Assembly: GCA_020635205.1 (NCBI GenBank)
Contig: JACKAE010000001.1
Span: forward strand, 128,042 to 192,041
Length of the DNA stretch: 64,000 nucleotides
Direction of reading: 5' to 3'
DNA from: Ignavibacteria bacterium
GTDB lineage: Bacteria > Bacteroidota > Ignavibacteria > OLB7
How positions within the stretch are numbered: position 1 is the stretch's first letter; each line of letters opens with the position of its first letter. Shown in pieces: positions 28,054 to 37,079 of the stretch. A model generated the notes under the pieces. That model did no database searches. It had not been told where the DNA came from and was given only the letters and a program-made list of their open reading frames with translations. A program made the position numbers and the translations under genes.

Positions 28054-28899
28054 ATGAAACATCTATTGTTGGGAGCGCTGGTTGTCTCCTCTCTTCTCTG
28101 CTGCGTCTCAGCCGGAGCACAACCACAACCACTTCCTTACACTGCAACGTTCGATCGTTCCGATGATAGTCCGAAGTGGGTTGAGTATCGTCTTGGATTC
28201 AAGCATAGTTTCAACTGGTCGCAGAGACTCACCACAGTGTTTCATGATTATCCTGTTGGAGGTTTCCCAACGGCAAAGGACTCTGTGTATGATTGGCTTG
28301 TGTCACCTCCGCTTCAGTTACAGGAATTGGCACTCCTCTCCGTACGCTTCATCTCGTTCTCGTTTATCGGCACAACGCAACCGGGAGATTACTTCGGAAT
28401 CTGGTTCAGTCCGGGTAACCCCGATCCGGCCAAAGGAGAATACATCGAACTCGTTGATCTCACGAAATTCACCTCCTCTATAAATGAGTGGGTAGATACT
28501 GCCGGAATAGCGATCCCCTCCAATGCTGACTTGGGGTATATCGCTCTCGTCTATAAAACTGAGGGGAACTGGTTTACCCCTGAGGTTGACGAGGTGACAG
28601 TTACTGCAAGTTCATCCTCTTCTGTACGCACTACTTTGAGAGATAAAGTAGGAGGAAGATTCCTGAGGATTTACCCCAACCCACTTACAACTTCTGCTAC
28701 TCTCCAAATGTCAGGAGAATGGAAGGGAGAAGAAGCTACTCTCAAGATATTTACTCTCCTTGGTAAACTTGTGCGGGAAGAGGTTCTCACCGATCGAGAG
28801 CTAATTATTGAAGCAGAAGAATGGTCGCGAGGAATATATTATTATCAGCTTTCGGATGGCGATGGAGAGATTGAGCGAGGAAGGTTTGTGGTGCGATAG
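28054..28899 (+). CDS. secreted protein with T9SS C-terminal sorting domain
   Basis: Signal peptide. C-terminus IYPNPLTTSATLQMSGEWKGEEATLKIFTLLGKLVREEVL...GIYYYQL is the T9SS tail. Confidence 0.7.
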   Translation: MKHLLLGALVVSSLLCCVSAGAQPQPLPYTATFDRSDDSPKWVEYRLGFKHSFNWSQRLTTVFHDYPVGGFPTAKDSVYDWLVSPPLQLQELALLSVRFISFSFIGTTQPGDYFGIWFSPGNPDPAKGEYIELVDLTKFTSSINEWVDTAGIAIPSNADLGYIALVYKTEGNWFTPEVDEVTVTASSSSSVRTTLRDKVGGRFLRIYPNPLTTSATLQMSGEWKGEEATLKIFTLLGKLVREEVLTDRELIIEAEEWSRGIYYYQLSDGDGEIERGRFVVR

Positions 28900-29085
28900 T
28901 TCTTATACATATGCTTCTCACGTAGGATGTTTCCGGCACCTTCCGCAAGATCTGTCTGTGTGAAGTTGAAAGTGACAGCAAGTACTTGCTGGGGTATTTT
29001 GGCAGCTGCGATATCGCAATCCCGCTTACTAGTAGGTGGGGGAGATGATAGCTGTAGGTGGGAGTATAGGCTCAGCTTGATATGC

Positions 29086-30312
29086 TCAATCCCTTGTGAG
29101 CATTTTCGTAGTACTATGGTAGAAGGCTACTCGCTCCCACTCTAAGCCATTCCCTGTATTTTTGATTGCCCAGAAGTCGTAGTTCCCTGTCGCGCGATCT
29201 CCTGCATCGTTAAGGATAATCGGTCCTGTCATTCCTGTGTAGGATGCCGCCGTTTCGGTCAGCTTCTCCTTGAAGGAGGTGATGTCGTTACTGCTGGCGG
29301 CCAACCAGCTCCTGACGGCAATTTGTACGGCGTCGTAGGTAACAAACGCATAGATATCTGCAACCTGACCGGTTGCTGCCGCAATCCGTTCCTGCAGTGG
29401 CTGCCATTTGCTTCTCAGGCTCTCTTCCAGTGCTAACGTCGAGCAAGGGTATGTTGTAGCCAGTGCGAAGGTTGCCGCTTTCGAGTTCTCAAGGAGTCGT
29501 GGACTTTGAGCAGTGGGTGCACCTCCATACCACTTTACTCTGGAGAGTACAGGACGATCTGTTGCCTCAGAGAACATTTCCTCTGCTTCGCCATACGAGA
29601 GCAGATAGACACCAACCTTCTCGGCTCCATACTGTGCCACTGCTTGCTCAACTTCTGTCTCAAGTTCTTCCAGAAGTGTCGAGAAATCTGAACTTGTCGG
29701 GTCGTAGCTTAGGCTGTCGTATACGTTGCCCCCTTGATCGTTGTATTGCTTCATCACCAGACCTACAAGGTCATGTCCCCAAGTATCATCGCGGTGAACC
29801 GTGATGAGTGCGTCGAGTTTGTCGTCAACAACCATTGCTACCATTGCCTCGGCTTGATAAGTATCGTCGGGAGAGAATCGGAAGACGTTATCTCCGGCGA
29901 TGCTCTGCGACCGGGCAATGCTTGCTGGGCTGATTACTACAATATCGTGTGCATCGGCATACGACCGGACGCGAGCAACTTCACCGCTGCTCTGCGGTCC
30001 AATGATGACATTCAATCCGTCGGCATTGAGAGCTTCAATAGCTGACAGCGCACTGTCTGGCACTCCGTAAGAATTCCTGATGAGAATCGGGTTGAGCTGA
30101 ACTTCTGTCCCCAGTTCCTGATTAATATCCTCAACTGCAAGTTCTATCGCTGCTTTTGCTGTTGTGCCGAAGTAGGAGATCGGGCCGTCGAGAGCCACAA
30201 TTGCCCCGAGCGAAATCTCGCGCTTTTCAGGAGAGGGAGTGAGATCATCGTCGCCACAACCGAAAGCGAGCAGTCCTACTGAGAGCAGAGCAAATAGCAA
30301 AAGGTTTTTCAT
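29086..30312 (-). CDS. ABC-transporter periplasmic substrate-binding lipoprotein (Leu/Ile/Val-binding, Peripla_BP_6 type)
   Basis: Lipobox LLAFGCGDDD. Two-lobed type-I PBP pattern (ISLGAIVALDGPISYFG, GLNVIIGPQSSG, YLLSYG). Confidence 0.7.
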   Translation of the reverse strand: MKNLLLFALLSVGLLAFGCGDDDLTPSPEKREISLGAIVALDGPISYFGTTAKAAIELAVEDINQELGTEVQLNPILIRNSYGVPDSALSAIEALNADGLNVIIGPQSSGEVARVRSYADAHDIVVISPASIARSQSIAGDNVFRFSPDDTYQAEAMVAMVVDDKLDALITVHRDDTWGHDLVGLVMKQYNDQGGNVYDSLSYDPTSSDFSTLLEELETEVEQAVAQYGAEKVGVYLLSYGEAEEMFSEATDRPVLSRVKWYGGAPTAQSPRLLENSKAATFALATTYPCSTLALEESLRSKWQPLQERIAAATGQVADIYAFVTYDAVQIAVRSWLAASSNDITSFKEKLTETAASYTGMTGPIILNDAGDRATGNYDFWAIKNTGNGLEWERVAFYHSTTKMLTRD

Positions 30313-30549
30313 ACGTCAGCACTGTGCAATGAGTGGAATAACGAAAGCAAATTGGTATGGAGCAGAAGATGAATTGGTAGTGATCCTACAGGACAAAAGA
30401 ACAGAAACTCTGCTGATTAGGCAAACTCATGCAGGAAATGTCAGCAACCTCGATTGCAGGGGGATTCGTTGTAGGGTAGTATATTATCGGCTTCAAACGG
30501 AAAACTAAGCGAACTATCATATCAAGCTGCCGAAGAGAGAAGCGATCTT

Positions 30550-31563
30550 ATGGTCTCAGGTCTTGTCATCAACGACGTCACGCTACGTGACGGAATGCAC
30601 GCGCTGGCTCACCAGTACTCGGTCGATCAAATGCGGGAGATTGCCCGCAAACTGGATGAAGCCGGAATTCCAATCATCGAGGTGACGCACGGGGATGGTC
30701 TCAGCGGATCGAGTTTTAACTACGGGTTCCCGGCACACAGCGATCTGGAATATATTCGCGCGGTGAAGGAGGCTGTGACGAATGCGAAGATTGCCGCACT
30801 TCTCCTTCCCGGCATTGGAACGATTGAAGAGATGAAGGAGGCGCGAGAGGCAGGGGTGGATACGATCCGGGTAGCAACCCACTGCACTGAAGCAGACATC
30901 GCCGCCCAACATATTGCCACAGCACGAGAGATGGGATTTGACACCGTGGGCTTTTTGATGATGTCTCACATGATCCCGACAGCAGAACTTGTGAAGCAGG
31001 CAAAGTTGATGGAGAGCTACGGTGCTCACTGCGTCTACATCACTGATTCTGCCGGTGCTCTTTTGATGGATGAGACGAGAGAGCGGGTGCAAGCCTTCAA
31101 GAACGAACTCGGCTGCCAGATCGGATTCCACAACCACAACAACCTCGGACTTGGCGTCGCGAACTCTGTGATAGCCGTGCAAGAGGGGGTTGACCGAGTT
31201 GACGCATCGTTGGCTGGGATGGGAGCCGGAGCAGGGAACTGTGCGCTGGAAGTTCTCGTTGCAGTGTTACAACGGATGGGAGTAGAGACCGGTGTTGAAC
31301 TCTATCCCTTGATCGACGGTGCAGATAACATCGTTCGCCCGCTTCAACAACGTCCAGTGCAGACTGACGGCAACGCTCTAATGCTCGGCTATGCCGGTGT
31401 CTACTCCTCATTTCTTCTCCACACCGAACGCGCATCGAAAAAGTTCGGTGTCGATTCACGCGATATTCTTGTAGAACTTGGCCGCCGGAAAATGGTTGGT
31501 GGGCAAGAAGATATGATCGTGGATGTGGCTCTCGATCTGGCCGGAAGGGAAGACTCCTTGTAG
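30550..31563 (+). CDS. 4-hydroxy-2-oxovalerate aldolase, MhpE/DmpG/BphI family
   Basis: [53 protein letters not shown] and the C-terminal DmpG communication domain are present, over the correct 337 aa length. Confidence 0.9.
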   Translation: MVSGLVINDVTLRDGMHALAHQYSVDQMREIARKLDEAGIPIIEVTHGDGLSGSSFNYGFPAHSDLEYIRAVKEAVTNAKIAALLLPGIGTIEEMKEAREAGVDTIRVATHCTEADIAAQHIATAREMGFDTVGFLMMSHMIPTAELVKQAKLMESYGAHCVYITDSAGALLMDETRERVQAFKNELGCQIGFHNHNNLGLGVANSVIAVQEGVDRVDASLAGMGAGAGNCALEVLVAVLQRMGVETGVELYPLIDGADNIVRPLQQRPVQTDGNALMLGYAGVYSSFLLHTERASKKFGVDSRDILVELGRRKMVGGQEDMIVDVALDLAGREDSL

Positions 31564-31586
31564 TTCTCCAGTCGAGATAAAAAAAC

Positions 31587-31615
31587 GGAGTGTGAGTCAC
31601 CCGCGCTCACACTCC
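31587..31615. terminator. bidirectional rho-independent terminator
   Basis: AAAAAAC GGAGTGTGAG tcacccgcg CTCACACTCC GCTTCTC. Perfect 10-bp GC-rich stem between the convergent aldolase (+) and T9SS cargo (-) genes. Confidence 0.6.
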
Positions 31616-31659
31616 GCTTCTCAATAAAAGACCGAAGCCTTTCATTCATTCTTTTTCTC

Positions 31660-34119
31660 TTAACGGACGAGCAATACTCGACTGGTTAATGTCCCGTTCA
31701 AAGAATTCACTCGCACGATATAGATTCCTGCTGGAAGTAGGTTCCCCAATTCATCTCTGCCATCCCACTCAACTGCTTCGCTTCCGTTTACTGCTGATTC
31801 TCCATACGTTCTAACTACTGAGCCAAGTGCGTCAACAATGGCGATCTGAGTAGCCTTATCCGAGCCATTGAGCGAGATAGTTGTACTTGCTGTAAATGGA
31901 TTTGGCGAGACTTGCAGAGCTTCGGAACCTGCTACCACCTCATCTTCCAGCACGCCAGAGATGTTGTCAATTTCGAGTCGAACAGGAATCGAGTAAATTT
32001 CGTCGTCGATCCGAAGTTCCAGTTTTGTCTGGAAAACTTGGTGGTCGATTTGCGGCAGACTTGGGTCGGTCTCAACAGTGATCTCAACGTATCCATTTGC
32101 TGAGATCGTATAGGAAAGTGTTCCACCCCCAACGATCGAAGGGTCTTGCAAGTATTGGTTTGCTGATCCACCGAGGTCATATCCCATCCACTGAAGGTTG
32201 GCGATGTCGCCGCAAGGATTTGCGTTGATGCGAATAACCTCTTTTGCTCCCCCTGAACCACCGACGAAGAGAGAGATTGAATCAGTCGCTAAATAGGCTG
32301 TCTGCAAACAGACACCGTCGTGAACTTGTGTTGTCTTCTCGTTCCCATCACGGTCGCGCAGCAGAAGTGTGAGTGGTCCACTCGGATCAACCCCCGGCTT
32401 CACCTTGAAGAGAGCCTCCGCATCGAATTCTGGATCGAATGGGCGGTCGAATGATTTCCGCTCCCATCCCGGACTGTTGTATGGAGCAACTTCGTCAACC
32501 CCGCTAAAATAGGATTGTGCTTGGTCGGAGACGATGACGTTTACCTGGCTTGTAGTTGGCGTCGTCTTTTCGACGATGTGTGGTGGAGTAACGTCGGCCT
32601 CAACTTGAGCTGACCAGTGAGGCAGTTCCCAGGCGATTGAGATGTTCCCTTCCGGGGTGGAACCGTTATCTCCACTTACTCTTCCCGAGAAGAGGGCTCC
32701 GTTCGATGAGTGGAGAGCATGTCCACCCGGCGCAATTTTTCCTTTGAAGCTCCATAGGTCGCCGGTAATTCGGGCTACTGTGCCGTTCGGGATACTACTT
32801 ACTGGCAGACCGTCGAGCGTGATGTTATCAAATGGATTTCCAGATCCCTTCGCAAGGAGATCGAGGTCGAAATCTCTAAACTTAACAGTGTCTTTTGAGA
32901 CGATTAAGATCGGTAGAGCGAAAACTGAGTGAGCCGAATAACTATTTGTCGGAACCAGACGAATAAGAGCCGGACTTGCCTCAACGTTTGGATAGTTTCC
33001 GTTGCTTCGCCGGATTTGGGTTAGCATAAATGGTTTGTCGGCAGTCCATCGGGTCGGCCCGTTTAGTTGCATACCTTCTGGGGCGAAGATGTCGATAACT
33101 TGCCCGGCCCACTGTGCAGAGATAGAGCGTTGGTCGATAAACTTGCCGGTATTGTCGTACAGGCTGACCTGAATTGTTGTTCCCCCTTTCAAGGTAACAA
33201 TGCGGAATCGATCCCCATCATTTCGGGTTGGAGTTGCAACATATTCTTGTCCCCATTGATTCGCGTCAGCATCAGTTGGCATTTGCATGGTTGCATGCCA
33301 AGCAGAGTAGACCTGGTTGTTGAAGCGTTCCGTGGGATTACTTGAGAGAGCTGTTCCACTGTGCCCTGCTACAACGCCGACCGGTTTGCTCGATTCAATC
33401 AACGTGCCGCTCAGGTCCATTGATCCTCGCGTCCCCTCTGCAGTGTTCGCTAACAACAACCACGTCTCGCCTCGGTTCAGCGTGTCCCGAATTCTCTCTC
33501 CTGCACTCCACTGCGAAACGTTTGCACTCGGGTAGACCGAGATGATCGTCTCATCGTAGGCGGCGGTAATTGTCAGTTGGCTTGTGATCTCATTTGGATC
33601 TACTGTCGAAGGGGTTGATGTTGCTGGCAGGGCTGTCACCAAATAAGTCTGTCCCCAACGGTCAACCGGAAGGAGAGGGTAGACACCACTTGAACTCTGA
33701 CGCGCACTGATTACCGAAACAGAGACCGGCGCGCGCGAGGTTAGCCGGACACTACGTTTAGATGCTTCTCCGTTGTGGTTTGCGCGGCCAGGATAATCTG
33801 GTTCGAGCGTTCTCAGGATCGGAACCATCTTTACTTCACCTGCCTGAATGGAGAACGTTTGCGTTGTCCAGGTGGTGATTGGAACCAGTGGATCAGCCGG
33901 AATATCTGGAATCTCGATTGTCCCATTCGTTGCCACTTCCGATGTAATCATCAACCCCATGAACCGATCTAATTTGTTCGGATCGGAGAGAGGAAACGAA
34001 ATGAAGTATTCTGTTCCGGAGTAGGTGGGAGCTTCAGAGGCATTCTGTGCCAGTGATCTGCCTACTGTAAGGAGGGTCAGTAGCGGAATTAGAACCAGTG
34101 TATAACGTAGGAATTTCAT
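31660..34119 (-). CDS. large secreted protein (~820 aa) with T9SS C-terminal sorting domain
   Basis: Signal peptide MKFLRYTLVLIPLLTLLTVGRSLAQ (start at 34119; a longer ORF runs to 34161). C-terminus SPNPFTASTTISLNGSDKATQIAIVDALGSVVRTY...GIYIVRVNSLNGT. Last gene of the sigma/anti-sigma operon. Confidence 0.7.
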   Translation of the reverse strand: MKFLRYTLVLIPLLTLLTVGRSLAQNASEAPTYSGTEYFISFPLSDPNKLDRFMGLMITSEVATNGTIEIPDIPADPLVPITTWTTQTFSIQAGEVKMVPILRTLEPDYPGRANHNGEASKRSVRLTSRAPVSVSVISARQSSSGVYPLLPVDRWGQTYLVTALPATSTPSTVDPNEITSQLTITAAYDETIISVYPSANVSQWSAGERIRDTLNRGETWLLLANTAEGTRGSMDLSGTLIESSKPVGVVAGHSGTALSSNPTERFNNQVYSAWHATMQMPTDADANQWGQEYVATPTRNDGDRFRIVTLKGGTTIQVSLYDNTGKFIDQRSISAQWAGQVIDIFAPEGMQLNGPTRWTADKPFMLTQIRRSNGNYPNVEASPALIRLVPTNSYSAHSVFALPILIVSKDTVKFRDFDLDLLAKGSGNPFDNITLDGLPVSSIPNGTVARITGDLWSFKGKIAPGGHALHSSNGALFSGRVSGDNGSTPEGNISIAWELPHWSAQVEADVTPPHIVEKTTPTTSQVNVIVSDQAQSYFSGVDEVAPYNSPGWERKSFDRPFDPEFDAEALFKVKPGVDPSGPLTLLLRDRDGNEKTTQVHDGVCLQTAYLATDSISLFVGGSGGAKEVIRINANPCGDIANLQWMGYDLGGSANQYLQDPSIVGGGTLSYTISANGYVEITVETDPSLPQIDHQVFQTKLELRIDDEIYSIPVRLEIDNISGVLEDEVVAGSEALQVSPNPFTASTTISLNGSDKATQIAIVDALGSVVRTYGESAVNGSEAVEWDGRDELGNLLPAGIYIVRVNSLNGTLTSRVLLVR

Positions 34120-34176
34120 TAGTCTCTTTTCTATAAGTCTATTTGGGGAACTTTCATTCATCTTGTCGACGCGCGA

Positions 34177-34905
34177 TTAATTTGCAGCTGGAGTGATCTC
34201 AATCAATTCTCTCTTCGATGCTTGCTGCGGAAGAACTTCAGAAGGAGCGTTGGAGTTCGGGTAGGTATTTTCAACGGTCATGATCTCACCGACTCCTTCT
34301 GCATAGAATCGAATCCATTCACTTGTCTCCGGTGGTGCATTAAGTCCATTCTCGTATTTGCGATACTTCACTGCAATCACATTTTCATAGGTCGTCCCCT
34401 GCACTTTTCTGAACGCATATCGTTCAATAATTTCTGCATGCCAGATATTGTTGTCTTGGTCAGAGGAGTTATATGAATACCACTCGTGACCTTTTACTAA
34501 TGGGGCGAGCAGAGCAATCTCAGCACTCAGTCCTACTTCTCCGTAAACGTAGAGAGTATCCTTGCTCGGTTGGTAGGATACTTTTCCAAAAAGTGCATCT
34601 GGGCCGTTATTCAGTACATACGTTCCTAATAAATCACTACTATTGGAGGATAAATTCGTATCGATTACGATTTCCTGAGTGAAAGATCCAGTGTCGGAGA
34701 CATTTCGGTACTTCATCAGTGTTCCCACTTGCGTCGGCCAACTGAACTTGCTCACATCTCCCCATACCGTCTCGTCTGGTGAGGTGACGCCACAGGAGGT
34801 GATGAGCAAGGCAGTGCAACAGAGCAATGCTCCGAGTTTGGCTGCTACTTGAACTGAATGTTGCCGTTTCATTTTCTGCTGGTTATCTATAGTGTGTGTA
34901 TTCAT
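34177..34905 (-). CDS. hypothetical lipoprotein
   Basis: LLCCTALLITSCGVTSPD lipobox. It lies 21 nt downstream of the anti-sigma gene and 15 nt upstream of the T9SS cargo gene. Alternative start at 34872. Confidence 0.45.
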   Translation of the reverse strand: MNTHTIDNQQKMKRQHSVQVAAKLGALLCCTALLITSCGVTSPDETVWGDVSKFSWPTQVGTLMKYRNVSDTGSFTQEIVIDTNLSSNSSDLLGTYVLNNGPDALFGKVSYQPSKDTLYVYGEVGLSAEIALLAPLVKGHEWYSYNSSDQDNNIWHAEIIERYAFRKVQGTTYENVIAVKYRKYENGLNAPPETSEWIRFYAEGVGEIMTVENTYPNSNAPSEVLPQQASKRELIEITPAAN

Positions 34906-34926
34906 CTTTTCTTTAGCTATCTACCA

Positions 34927-36381
34927 TTAGAACCGGAAGAAGAGTCCGTAACGACCCTCTATCTGCGTCCCTTCATAGAAGTCAATAAAATCATCTGTTA
35001 TAGAAGCGTTCTCGTATTGATCTAATCTGCTCTCCCGAATCTGCTGGGTAGTATATCGGTAGAGGCCATACCCAACGCCCCCCTGAACGCCAACTTGGTT
35101 TGTAATCAGATACGTTGCCAGCACGTTCCCACTTGCACGGAGTCGGGAAGATGAGAGACCCAAGGTTCCTTCCAAGCCGAGGGCAAAGCGTTCGGTGAAG
35201 AGAGGGATACGATAGTTTGCGAAGACCTCCATATCGAACTCTGATGTCGATTGCAGTGATGGAACCAACAGAGTGTCGGCAAAGCCGATGTTCTGAATCT
35301 CTTCTGTAAGTGTGACGGTGGAGAACGAACCGTAGATCAAGCGTGCGCCAAGCCCTACTCTTCCGTTCAACATTCGTCCAGTTAGCTCTATTGCTCGTCC
35401 GTTATAGTTCGGGTTCGACTCACCTTGAGTACGTGGGAGTGCGGTAATTCTTCCAAGTCGTTCGTTGTAGCCAACTTCAAAACCATTCTGCATCAACGTA
35501 ATCGCGGATGACGATTTGTCGAGCGAAGGGGGATCGTCGGATTCGGATGAGGTAGACCGTTCGCTGCGAAGCACTTCGTTCGGATCTGTTGATTGGGTGG
35601 GGGGGACATTCGTTGCTGGAGAAATATCGTCCGCCGGAGTTGTTATTGGTGTGTGTACTTTAACTCCATCGTGCGAGTCAAGTTTTTGCAACGCTGCCAA
35701 CGCCTCCTGACTGATGCCGATAGCTGGTGAAGAGCTTTCCGACGTAGATGGATCTGTAGTTGATGAGAGTGATTCTACCTTGTTGCTCGGAGCGGTTGGT
35801 AGTTCTGCTGCTGTCGGTTGCGCCTCGCTTGCCAAGATTTCACTGCTCTCTGCAACGGATGGCCGTTCAACGTACTTATACTTGATTCGGTCACGATACT
35901 GCACAACTGTCTGAATCACGGTGTCAACCCGTGGTGTTGCTGCTGCGAGTACTTCAGGCGATGACGAAGGCATTGTTGCGGTGACAGCTTCTGATTTGTC
36001 CACTTGGGTTACGTTCTCAGAAACTGCCGGGTTATCCTCAGAAGTGAAAAGCGTTCCATCGACGGCTGTGCCGATAAAGAATCCGGCGAGGCCTGTAACG
36101 AGAAACGCGGCAGCCTTCGCCAGCCAGCCACTTGCGCCAACAGCAGTTCCACCGGTTACTAAACCACCTGTAGCTCCGAGAACGGCAGCCCAAACAGCAT
36201 CATCTTCCTCATCGTTCAACTCGCCAATTCGTGCATCCTCCTCGAAGGCTCCACGAAGTGCCATGTGCTGTCGGAAGGCTGTGAGCTTTTCAGGACTAAC
36301 CGACAGACGGTGAAGAACCTCTGCGGTCTGCTCATCGTTGAGCATCCCTTCCAGCATTTCCTGTATATCCTGTGTTGCCAT
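34927..36381 (-). CDS. anti-sigma factor-like single-pass membrane protein with C-terminal beta-rich domain
   Basis: The ATG is 2 nt after the sigma-factor stop. An ~80-aa N-terminal helical domain is followed by a Gly-rich TM helix (AAFLVTGLAGFFIGTAV). A ~200-aa Ser/Pro/Thr/Glu low-complexity linker and a C-terminal ~190-aa domain ending YGLFFRF follow. Confidence 0.55.
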   Translation of the reverse strand: MATQDIQEMLEGMLNDEQTAEVLHRLSVSPEKLTAFRQHMALRGAFEEDARIGELNDEEDDAVWAAVLGATGGLVTGGTAVGASGWLAKAAAFLVTGLAGFFIGTAVDGTLFTSEDNPAVSENVTQVDKSEAVTATMPSSSPEVLAAATPRVDTVIQTVVQYRDRIKYKYVERPSVAESSEILASEAQPTAAELPTAPSNKVESLSSTTDPSTSESSSPAIGISQEALAALQKLDSHDGVKVHTPITTPADDISPATNVPPTQSTDPNEVLRSERSTSSESDDPPSLDKSSSAITLMQNGFEVGYNERLGRITALPRTQGESNPNYNGRAIELTGRMLNGRVGLGARLIYGSFSTVTLTEEIQNIGFADTLLVPSLQSTSEFDMEVFANYRIPLFTERFALGLEGTLGLSSSRLRASGNVLATYLITNQVGVQGGVGYGLYRYTTQQIRESRLDQYENASITDDFIDFYEGTQIEGRYGLFFRF

Positions 36382-36383
36382 AA

Positions 36384-37043
36384 TTATCGTTCTCTGTGCA
36401 ATTCGTCTAACCAATGGCCAAGACGTTCGCGCAGCATTTCCCGCCCCTTGAAGATGCGGAACTTGACTGTGGCGAGCGTCTGCCCGGTAATCTCTGCTAT
36501 CTGGTTGTAGGAGTAACCTTCGTATTCCCGAAGAATTACTGCTTCGCGATAAATATCAGGCAGGAGTGCTACCTCATCGGCCAGTTTTTCGCGGAGCAAA
36601 ATGTCCGAGTGTTCAGCTTTCGCATCAACTGAAAGCAACTCCTGCTCATCGAAGTCAACATAATCTTTACTGTTTCGCTGGATGTTAATGCAAAGGTTTC
36701 GGGCGATTGTGTGAATCCATCCAGCAAAATTTGATTCTGGCTTGTATCTTCCAGCGTTTTCGTGAAGGCGAACAAAGACTTCTTGCAGCGCATCCTTTGC
36801 TGCCTCACGATCATTCAGCATACGGAAACAGTAGAGAAACAACTGCTTTTTATAGCGATTGTAGAGAACTCGGAATGCCTGATCGTCTCCACGGCTGATG
36901 CGACGCATCAACTCGTTGTCTTCATGCGTCGTTTTCGTTGTGCGGGATCGTATCAAAGTCTCCGTAAGCATTCCGAAAAAGGTGTTCAGTAAGCTGGCTG
37001 CTGCGCCGGAACGGCCGGGGCGCCGCCGTCTCGAACGCACCAA
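36384..37043 (-). CDS. ECF (group IV) RNA polymerase sigma-70 factor
   Basis: Region 2 (FRVLYNRYKKQLFLYCFRMLNDREAAKDALQEVFVRL) and region 4 (YREAVILREYEGYSYNQIAEITGQTLATVKFRIFKGREMLRERL) are present. A shorter start at 36971 is possible. Confidence 0.8.
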   Translation of the reverse strand: MVRSRRRRPGRSGAAASLLNTFFGMLTETLIRSRTTKTTHEDNELMRRISRGDDQAFRVLYNRYKKQLFLYCFRMLNDREAAKDALQEVFVRLHENAGRYKPESNFAGWIHTIARNLCINIQRNSKDYVDFDEQELLSVDAKAEHSDILLREKLADEVALLPDIYREAVILREYEGYSYNQIAEITGQTLATVKFRIFKGREMLRERLGHWLDELHRER

Positions 37044-37079
37044 CGCATAAGCCGTATCTCTAACACATCAGTTCTGATT

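Noticed and set aside
30583-31600. Minus-strand ORFs (199, 167, 95, 74 aa) antisense to the aldolase gene
   Set aside because: Nested in a highly conserved MhpE/DmpG gene. His/Arg-rich with no motifs. Typical antisense open frames of a GC-balanced gene.
35516-36313. Plus-strand ORFs antisense to the anti-sigma linker region
   Set aside because: The Ser/Ala-rich low-complexity linker yields open antisense frames. There is no independent evidence for them.
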